Assembly: GCA_965644315.1 (NCBI GenBank)
Contig: CBFFRQ010000050.1
Location: forward strand, 62,001 to 126,000
Source of the DNA: Caecitellus pseudoparvulus
Taxonomy: Eukaryota > Protista > Bigyra: Bicosoecida
Direction: 5' to 3'
DNA length: 64,000 nt
The notes beneath the pieces were generated by a model. The model saw nothing but the letters and a program-made list of their open reading frames with translations, was not told where the DNA came from and searched no databases. Shown one piece after another: positions 40,377 through 50,089 of the stretch (the stretch's first letter is position 1; the number at the start of each line of letters is the position of its first letter). Made by a program: the position numbers and the translations under genes.

Positions 40377-43300
40377 ATGCCACCAAAGCCACCAAGTACG
40401 CTTGCCTTCGCGCGTCGCCGCGACGCCTCCCGAACCCTCGTTTCCTAGGCGGCCACTCCACCGGCACTCTTGGCTCCCTTTTCCCAACCTACAGAACCTG
40501 CTGGAGGAGCATCTAAGCCAGGTTCGCCCAAACCAGCAAGTAAGCCAAGCTCCCCCAAACCGACCAAGCCTGGTGTGCCAAAGGCGAAAGGTGGTGAGTG
40601 CATCTTGCCCTGTGTGTTGAGCTCTGCTTTCGTGGCCAGAAAAGGGCAATGGTCGTGGCAGAACCCAAGGAGGCTCGAAACACCTAGACTTAACACCCCT
40701 TCCCCAAGGACGGCTTGCAGTCCTCTTGCTTCAGTTGCTGCAGGGTGATTGCACGCAGGAGTTGCGTTTCACTTGCGTTGCAGTGCATATTGGTTGTTGC
40801 GCTCTTTGGTGCTGACAAAGCCGGTTGACACCACGCACCGCTGATACCAGTTGCTTGATACAGTATCTCCACTTCCTTCACAGGTGTGAAGCCGCCTGCC
40901 AAGCCCGGGTCAGCGACGCCGCCGTCTAAGCCGGGGGGTGTGAAGCCGCCTGCCAAGCCCGGGTCAGCGACGCCGCCGTCTAAGCCGGGGGGTGTGAAGC
41001 CGCCTGCCAAGCCCGGGTCAGCGACGCCGCCGTCTAAGCCGGGGGGTGTGAAGCCGCCTGCCAAGCCCGGGTCAGCGACGCCGCCGTCTAAGCCGGGGGG
41101 TGTGAAGCCGCCTGCCAAGCCCGGGTCAGCGACGCCGCCGTCGAAGCCGGGGGGTGTGAAGCCGCCTGCCAAGCCCGGGTCAGCGACGCCGCCGTCGAAG
41201 CCGGGGGGTGTGAAGCCGCCTGCCAAGCCCGGGTCAGCGACGCCGCCGTCGAAGCCGGGGGGTGTGAAGCCGCCTGCCAAGCCCGGGTCAGCGACGCCGC
41301 CGTCGAAGCCGGGGGTGTGAAGCCGCCTGCCAAGCCCGGGTCAGCGACGCCGCCGTCGAAGCCGGGGGTGTGAAGCCGCCTGCCAAGCCCGGGTCAGCGA
41401 CGCCGCCGTCGAAGCCGGGGGTGTGAAGCCGCCTGCCAAGCCCGGGTCAGCGACGCCGCCGTCGAAGCCGGGGGGTGTGAAGCCGGCTGCCAAGCCCGGG
41501 TCAGCGACGCCGCCGTCGAAGCCGGGGGGTGTGAAGCCGCCTGCCAAGCCCGGGTCAGCGACGCCGCCGTCGAAGCCGGGGGGTGTGAAGCCACCTGCCA
41601 AGCCCGGGTCAGCGACGCCGCCGTCGAAGCCGGGGGGTGTGAAGCCGCCTGCCAAGCCCGGGTCAGCGACGCCGCCGTCGAAGCCGGGGGGTGTGAAGCC
41701 GCCTGCCAAGCCCGGGTCAGCGACGCCGCCGTCGAAGCCGGGGGGTGTGAAGCCGCCTGCCAAAGCTGTCACCCCACCTGCTGCAGCCAAGCGGTCTGCA
41801 CCGAAGCCGGGGTCATCGACTCCACCGGGCTCTGCGAAGCCTGCAGGTGCGAAGCCGGGTACGAAGCCTGCAGGTGCGAAGCCGGGTGCGAAGCCGGGGT
41901 CATCGACTCCACCGGGCTCTGCGAAGCCTGCAGGTGCGAAGCCGGGTGCGAAGCCGGGTGCGAAGCCGGGTGCGAAGCCAGGGTCATCGACTCCACCGGG
42001 CTCTGCGAATCCTGCAGGTGCGAAGCCGGGTGCGAAGCCGGGGTCATCGACTCCACCGGGCTCTGCGAAGCCTGCAGGTGCGAAGCCGGGTACGAAGCCT
42101 GCAGGTGCGAAGCCGGGTGCGAAGCCGGGGTCATCGACTCCACCGGGCTCTGCGAAGCCTGCAGGTGCGAAGCCTGCAGGTGCGAAGCCGGGTGCGAAGC
42201 CTGCAGGTGCGAAGCTCGAGCGTGCCACCGGGCTCTGCGAAGCCTGCAGGTGCGAAGCCGGGTGCGAAGCCGGGGTCATCGACTCCACCGGGCTCTGCGA
42301 AGCCTGCAGGTGCGAAGCCGGGTGCGAAGCCGGGGTCATCGACTCCACCGGGCTCTGCGAAGCCTGCAGGTGCGAAGCCGGGTGCGAAGCCGGGTGCGAA
42401 GCCGGGTGCGAAGCCGGGGTCATCGACTCCACCGGGCTCTGCGAAGCCTGCAGGTGCGAAGCCGGGTGCGAAGCCGGGTGCGAAGCCGGGGTCATCGACT
42501 CCACCGGGCTCTGCGAAGCCTGCAGGTGCGAAGCCGGGTGCGAAGCCGGGGTCATCGACTCCACCGGGCTCTGCGAAGCCTGCAGGTGCGAAGCCGGGTG
42601 CGAAGCCGGGGTCATCGACTCCACCGGGCTCTGCGAAGCCTGCAGGTGCGAAGCCGGGTGCGAAGCCGGGGTCATCGACTCCACCGGGCTCTGCGAAGCC
42701 GGCAGGTGCGAAGCCGGGTGCGAAGCCGGGGTCATCGACTCCACCGGGCTCTGCGAAGCCTGCAGGTGCGAAGCCGGGTGCGAAGCCGGGTGCGAAGCCG
42801 GGGTCATCGACTCCACCGGGCTCTGCGAAGCCTGCAGGTGCGAAGCCGGGTGCGAAGCCGGGTGCGAAGCCGGGGTCATCGACTCCACCGGGCTCTGCGA
42901 AGCCTGCAGGTGCGAAGCCGGGTGCGAAGCCGGGGTCATCGACTCCACCGGGCTCTGCGAAGCCTGCATCGTCTCCAAAAACACCACCTCCTGGGACTGC
43001 GAAGAAAGCATCACCAGGGACGGTAAAGCCTGGGCCGAGGGCCCCGAAACCGAGTGCCAGCAAAGGTCCCCATAAGTCGCCATCAGCAGATGCGCTCAAC
43101 AGTGCAGCGAAGCCTCCTAGGTCGCCTGCCGTGCGCACTCCCCCCAAAGGATCTCGCCCGTCGGTTGTTGGGACAACGTCCAAGTGTGAGTTTATCCCCT
43201 CCTTTTGCTGCTTTCTGTGTCACACCTTTGTTTTGCTTGTGCCCTTCTTTCACCCAATTCTCGCTTCCTTTCGCAGCTGCACCGCCTGGCGTCCCGAAGA

Positions 43301-46300
43301 CTTCGGGCAAGGCATCTCCAGGGAGCAGCTCAACTGGCAGAGTATCACCAAGCGGACCACCCAAGCCAGCTTCACCCAAAGGGTCTTCGCCCAAACCGAC
43401 AGGAAAACCCCCAAAGCCAGTGCCTGGACGCCCCGCAGGCAAACCTCGAAGGCAATCCAGTGCAGCGTTGGGAAAGTTCCCTCCTGTTGCTCCGAAGTAT
43501 CGAAAAGGTGAAACTGATGAACTTGACAAGAAGCTTGGCCTTCCACCCCCCGAGCACAAGCGTGCGATGAAAGATGCTTTGGCAAAGAAAACACCAGGAA
43601 AGTCTCCCCCTCCCTCGACCAAGACTGGCAGCGAAGGACAACCTTCGTCGGTGCCTGAAAACAGCCAAGCCAAATCAAGCCCCAGTACCGCAAGCGGGAA
43701 CAAGCCAGCACCGGGTCCACGTCCAGGGGGTGCTGGGTCGTCGAAGCCAGCACCGGGTCCACGTCCAGGGGGTGCTGGGCCGTCCAAGGCGGCACCGGGT
43801 CCACGTCCAGGGGGTGCTGGGTCGTCCAAGCCAGCACCGAGTCCACGTCCAGGGGGTGCTGGGTCGTCCAAGCCAGCACCGGGTCCACGTCCAGGGGGTG
43901 CTGGGTCGTCGAAGGCGGCACCGGGTCCACGTCCAGGGGGTGCTGGGCCGTCGAAGGCGGCACCGGGTCCACGTCCAGGGGGTGCTGGGCCGTCCAAGCC
44001 AGCACCGGGTCCACGTCCAGGGGGTGCTGGGTCGTCGAAGGCGGCACCGGGTCCACGTCCAGGGGGTGCTGGGCCGTCCAAGCCAGCACCGGGTCCACGT
44101 CCAGGGGGTGCTGGGTCGTCAAAGCCAGCACCGGGTCCACGTCCAGGGGGTGCTGGGTCGTCCAAGCCAGCACCGGGTCCACGTCCAGGGGGTGCTGGGT
44201 CGTCCAAGCCAGCACCGGGTCCACGTCCAGGGGGTGCTGGGTCGTCCAAGCCAGCACCGGGTCCACGTCCAGGGGGTGCTGGGTCGTCCAAGCCAGCACC
44301 GGGTCCACGTCCAGGGGGTGCTGGGTCGTCCAAGCCAGCACCGGGTCCACGTCCAGGGGGTGCTGGGCCGTCCAAGCCAGCACCGGGTCCACGTCCAGGG
44401 GGTGCTGGGCCGTCCAAGGCGGCACCGGGTCCACGTCCAGGGGGTGCTGGGTCGTCCAAGCCAGCACCGGGTCCACGTCCAGGGGGTGCTGGGTCGTCCA
44501 AGCCAGCACCGGGTCCACGTCCAGGGGGTGCTGGGTCGTCCAAGCCAGCACCGGGTCCACGTCCAGGGGGTGCTGGGTCGTCCAAGCCAGCACCGGGTCC
44601 ACGTCCAGGGGGTGCTGGGTCGTCCAAGCCAGCACCGGGTCCACGTCCAGGGGGTGCTGGGTCGTCCAAGCCAGCACCGGGTCCACGTCCAGGGGGTGCT
44701 GGGTCGTCCAAGCCAGCACCGGGTCCACGTCCAGGGGGTGCTGGGTCGTCCAAGCCAGCACCGGGTCCACGTCCAGGGGGTGCTGGGTCGTCCAAGCCAG
44801 CACCGGGTCCACGTCCAGGGGGTGCCGGGTCGTCCAAGCCAGCACCGGGTCCACGTCCAGGGGGTGCCGGGTCGTCCAAGCCAGCACCGGGTCCACGTCC
44901 AGGGGGTGCCGGGTCACCTGTGGCACAGCAGATGGGGGACTCAGCGAATGCCGGTTCCGCACTTCCTGTCCACAGCCAGGCTGACATGCAGGCTTCCTCA
45001 GGCCCAGCGCAGCCCATGTCAGGACAAGGCCTACTTGCAGATGCCAAGCGTCTCCCGACAGCTGGCAAGCAAGTTCGGGCTCTGCGTCCAGTGCTTCAAG
45101 ATTCGGCACTTCAAACTCTACGCACGCGAGTTCAACTTGTTAGCGATTTTGTGCGGCAGCACCCCTCCAGTAGTTTGGTGCAAAGTCGAATCGGCCGTGG
45201 ACCACATGTCCCGCGGGATGAGCTCGAAGCGATGAGCGCGTCGGGCAGGGCAGCAGCATTCATGGACTTAGTCAAGACTTCACAAGCCTTGGCCGCACAC
45301 AGTAGCGACCTTGCAGATGCAATGCTGTGGTCGGGGGCGGAGGCAGGCGCCGTGGCAGGCGTCCACGATCGGCTGGAATGGTTGGTGCAGGCCCTTCGTC
45401 GCAAGAACGTAAAGGTTGCGGCAGGGTGCAGAGGAGATCCACGGCGTTTGCTCGCGACAGTCGGTGGCGCCTTGCACGGCGGGCTGTCTTCGGGTGACTT
45501 GCATTGGATCAGACAGAGTGAGCGTTTGAGGAACTGCTTCACGGACTCTGAACGCCGGTCCTTGTCCTACCTGACTTCCAAGCACGGTCACTGTGCTGTG
45601 GTGAACGTTTTGCTGGGCTTGGACCCCCGGGCGAGTGACGGGGACGAAGCAGCGCAGTTGGCGAGCGAAGCCACGTCCACCGGTAGCTCAACTCTTGGGC
45701 TGTCGGAGCTGCTGCGGGATTCACTGAAGTCATGGTTGCATCTTGAAGCTGCGTATGCTTCTGCATTGCGGACAGACGCCGTGAATGTCGCCGCTGCTGC
45801 TGACCACGCGCGGGTTGAAGAAGTCCACCAAACGGAAGAGTGCCGGTTGGATTCCCATGCTCTTCAACTCGCTGGCACAGAGGTGACAAGCTCCGTGCCC
45901 ATGTTGTGGGCAGACCTGCAGGAGAGTGGCGAGGAAGCCACGGAAGCTGTTGCTGCGGCTGGGCGCGAAGTCGTGCGCTCCGTTCAAGCGCAGCTGTCAG
46001 CAGGGCGCGCAAAGCTGCAGAGCGACGTGGAGCGTGCCCACCGCGCGGTTGCGTCTTTGCAGGCGCAGGTTGCGTCCAAGCGTGAGGAGGCGCGCTCGGT
46101 CGCTGCTTCAAGGGATGCGCTCGTGTCCGACTTTCAATCCTTGCAGAGTGCTGTTGCAGCCCAGGCCGAGTCTGAAGAAGTGTCAACCGCTGCTGTTCAA
46201 GAGGAGGTGCAGCGTCTCGAGATGATTGCATCCGGCGACGCCAGTCAGCGTCAGCATGTGCTGACCCTGGAGCGCCATGCGGCCCGAGTCGCAGCTGAGG

Positions 46301-48222
46301 CGGAGGCCTCCCGACATGGGTCGGCCGCCTTGAATGCTTTACGGCGAGAGACAGACCGTCGGGTACTGCAGCTGCAGTCAGAGGCGGAAGGGGAGCGAGC
46401 TGATGAGACAGAGCGCATCGGAGCTGACATTTGCCGTGAGTTCGAAGGGGTCATGGCCGACATGGACAGGCGCAAGGCGGCGGCCGCTGCCAAGGCAGCG
46501 CGGCTGCGTGATGCAGTGACGCTGGTTTCGCACCAGTTGGCCGCCTTACAAGCGATTCTTCCCACAAAGCGTGGCTCGAAAAGTCCATCTCGCCGAGGTC
46601 AGGCAGGTGTCGCGTTCTCTGTGTCGGGTGCGGGCAAGGCTGACCGCTCCAAGTCGCTGTCAGCGAGCGAGGCTTTCAACCAGTCCACACCTGAAGAACG
46701 TGGTCACTTGGACAAGATGAAAGCGTGGGTGAGGCAGGAGTGGGGTCGACGGGATGCGACGAGCCAGTTTGCGCGGTCAGGGGCTGCCTCTGCGAAAGTT
46801 CCTGCCGCTACCCGTGCAGCTTTCCTGAAGGACGCCGTCTGGGCGGCACCGTATTCTCCTGAGCTGCACGCTGCATTTAAGAAACACGCAGCAGAGCTGG
46901 CGGCACACCGCAGGTTGGTGAACCCCTTACCGCATGAGCAGTACAGCGGTCGCGCTGCCGCATCACCGCTACGCGGCCCCCGTAGCATGCGACGAGGGGG
47001 TTCTGCGAGCCAGTCGCCGCAGGCGTTTTTCTCTCCCAGGGCAAGCGAGGTCAGCCAGACCTTGAAAGCCCACGGGTTCGCTGCAGCCGCCTCCGGGATG
47101 GACGAGCAGGCGTTGGCGGCGGCAGAGCGGGACCGTGCCCGCATCGCCCAACAAGTACACAGACGTGTGCAAGAAGGGGAGGCTGCCATCGCCGCAGAGG
47201 AAAGTGTGAGCGTGCGTGCGGCATGGGAGGAGGAGCAGGCAGCGGCAAAGCATCGTGACGGGCTCGCACGCCCGGGCCTGAAGCCGACACCTCAACAGCA
47301 GGGCCCGGAAACTAGCAGCAGTGCCGTGAACGAGCAGCTTATTCGCATGCAAGAGCAACTGCAGGCTCTCACAGAAAGCAACAAACGCTTGCTTGCCGAG
47401 AGGGCGGCTAGCACGCCTGCGACGGGCTTCCAGGCCCGCGGCCTTGACAGCGTCTCCACCACTGGCTCTGAGGCAGGAAGGAGTGTGACACCTGAGCGGG
47501 CCCAGCCTTCTCAGGTGCAGTCCAGCTTGACTGGCGCGCCATCACTGTACGACAGGTACAGCGCCGCTTCCAACCTCGGCGCGTCCCAAGCAAGCGGGTG
47601 GTCAGCAGGGGGGTCAAGCGCCCTCGTCATGAGCGCTGGGCGCGGGAGCCCCACGGAGAGCCACAGTGCCACACGGGAGCGTGTGCCGGCATACCGCGGC
47701 GGCAATGTGCAGGGCTTCCAGTGGGGCACAGGCGCGCACACGGGCGCCGCGACGCACGCTGGGTCCCGTGCCGTCTACGCAGGCCAGCGCAGCGGCGGGG
47801 TAGCTGCCCCCAGCACCCCCCAGTCAAGCCCTCGCAGACACCTCAGCCGCATGGTCTTGCCTTTCAGCGGTGGGGCGACCGACGACCTTCCGGTGCCGGT
47901 GGTGACTCGGCGCAGCCCAAAGTATGGTGCTTCACACACCCCAGAGGACTTCTCGCCTCGGCGGCGGCGGCCCAGTCGCCACGGCAGGGGGCCATCTGAG
48001 AGCAAAACCTCCGAAACCTCCGGCGCAGCGGGCAGCACAGCCTTGTGGATGGGGCTGACTGGCATGGGCCGCGGTTCTCCTCGCACACCGCAAAGCAGCA
48101 AGGCGGAGTCTAGGCGGGGTGCCGCAGATTCCCCCGCCCTAGGGGCCCTGGATATGTACCGCGCCCGCAGCATTCGGCCAGGCGGCCGCAGGGGCATTGG
48201 TGGGCGAAGCCGGGGAGTGTAG
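40377..48222 (+). CDS. Very large Pro/Lys/Gly/Ser tandem-repeat protein with C-terminal coiled-coil region; apparent frameshifts in the repeats
   Basis: MPPKPP start, with introns near 40400-40494, 40594-40883 and 43186-43276. ORFs 40886, 41423, 41847 and 43054 carry continuous KP-rich sequence. A coiled-coil-like stretch spans ~45950-46560. Confidence 0.7.
40884..41765. repeat. Coding minisatellite, 54-bp unit x ~16 (GVKPPAKPGSATPPSKPG)
   Basis: Directly visible; three units near 41310-41425 are 53 bp. Confidence 0.95.
41803..42968. repeat. Coding minisatellite, ~60-bp unit with variable 12-bp PGAK subunits
   Basis: KPGSSTPPGSAKPAGA(KPGA)n repeated; directly visible. Confidence 0.95.
43702..44915. 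repeat. Coding minisatellite, 39-bp unit x ~31 (KPAPGPRPGGAGSS-type)
   Basis: Directly visible. Confidence 0.95.
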
Positions 48223-48258
48223 ACGTGAATGCAGTGCAAGATGCCGGCGAAAGGCACT

Positions 48259-49664
48259 TCATTTCCGAGCAGAGGGCGGCAGCTCACTGCGAATGCGCTC
48301 GACGTCTTTCCTCAGCTTGTCGTGGTTGGCAAGCAGGCGATCCAGCTCTGACTTGTGTGCGGCATACGCCTTGGCCTCACTTCGCGCTGCCTGCACAGTG
48401 GACGGCTTGCGGGGGCCTCCTGTGGGGCGGCCTTCAGCCAAGGCAACGATGTGGCTGTCCACAGACACGTCAGGTCGCTCTCTCCCCCCGGACCCTCCAG
48501 CAGACGCGAGCTTCTTGCGGTTGCGTTTCTTCACTTTCGCAGCATACTCCTTGGCCTTGTTCAGACCCTCAGCAGCCTTGGCGAGCTCTTCTGCCCTTGC
48601 TGCTGCCGCCGCCTCATCAGGGTCTGCGAGGGAAGCTGGGGCTTGTCCAGCCTTTGCCTTTCGTTGAGCAAGCAGGGCTGCGTTTTCCGCCGTCAGCGCT
48701 GCGCCGTACGCCTGCATACGCTTGCGGGCTTGGCGCTTGGCAACGACTTCGTCGCTCTCTGTATCACCTCCAAGGCGGCCAAGCTCCATATACTTTGAGT
48801 CGCCATATGCAGCTTTGTAGTCTGAGAGAGTCTTGGGCTTGTACTCTGTCGCCCGTGCCCTGCGTGAGAAGTACAGAGACGGCTCAGCGTCGGTGTCTGA
48901 GCCAGGGCGCTCCTCCTGTGCCTGCTGTGCAGCGGGGGGAGCTTTTCTGACCGGCCTGCTCCGTCTTTCCCCGCCAGAGTCCTGCTTGCGATGTGTGGCC
49001 CGCTGACCATATTTGGACCTGCGAACGGAAAGGCCCAATGTGGCTGCGCTGATCGGGTCACGTGCCGTTTCTCCACGAAACGCCAAGCCAGCGCTGGTTC
49101 GAGGCTGGGCACGCACGGAGACTGGGATGAGCCTGTTAAATGGCCAGGGCGACGCGAGCGTTCCGAGTGGTGCGGGTGCCCCTGTCCATCATCCGCCTCC
49201 TTCGCTTCGTGACCCGTGCCACGCCCTTGGCCGTGCTTGGCTTGGGTTGGGGGAGAAGTTGCTGCAGAGGCTTCAGCTCTCGCCACCTCGACAGCATAGT
49301 CTTGGCTCGGAGAAAAGCCCTGAGGAGGCGGGGAAGTGTCTGCTGGCTTCCACCCGGCCTTGGCTCTCACTGGCGATTGGATGGGCGAGACTGCCCGGGG
49401 CCGGCTGCTGTGCGAGGTTTGGTGGGGCTGTGACGGCGACACCGAAGTTGCTGGGACTGCGACAAAGCCTTGCGCGGCCGCAGGGACGAAGCCCTGGGAT
49501 GCAGAGCCAGGCTTGCCTTCAGACACGGTGGAGCGTTGGTGGGCGAGCTGGCGCAAGGCACCGACTCCCACGCGGGACGGAGGCGCTGAGCCACGGGAAG
49601 CAGTGCCGCTGCGACCGCTGGCTGGCGCGGACGCTTGCCGCAAAGATGCCAAATTCACAGGCAT
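48259..49664 (-). CDS. JHY-like (juvenile hydrocephalus family) putative ciliary protein
   Basis: ATG at 49664; intron 49019-49116 joins in frame. Motifs YKPKTLSDY...LGRLG.D, KAKEYAAKVK..N and terminal L..L...H......V..IR resemble the JHY C-terminal region. Confidence 0.55.
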
Positions 49665-50089
49665 GGCAAAGGAAGATCGGTGTCCAACACGAGGCAAGGG
49701 GTTTCATCTGGAAGTCACCGCAAACCTTGTGTCTTCTCTTTTTGCTTGTCTGGCGGGTTTGTCGAGTGCTGAGAAAAACCGCTCCCATTGCGCGCTGGGA
49801 GGGTGAAGGTATGCAGTACGTCTTGGAGCAGCTTGGGGCATTCATGGCCTCCATGTTCACCTTCACGGTACAGGCTGAGCTGGACTTCATGGTGCGCGCA
49901 AGCCGGCTCAGGGCAGCAGCAGCGCTCCGCCAGCGGAAATTGCCTGCCTCCGCCACTCTTTGCAGGGCAGTCTTGTGCAGCGGACGGACACACCAGAGGC
50001 GGCTGAGCCCGGGGCGACTGGAAGCAGCTACATTTCCGTGATGGAGCCCCCTTCCTTTTCTGCAAAGCTCTGAGGTGAAACGTCTCCCC

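Noticed and set aside
40884-44915. CRISPR array
   Set aside because: Units are contiguous with no unique spacers, unit lengths are almost all multiples of 3 and coding, there are no cas genes, and the context is eukaryotic.
41341-45235. Alternative-frame repeat proteins (CEAG, RSRV, HPAS, LDDP, HRVH)
   Set aside because: By-products of stop-free tandem repeats. Only the KP-rich frame connects to flanking exons.
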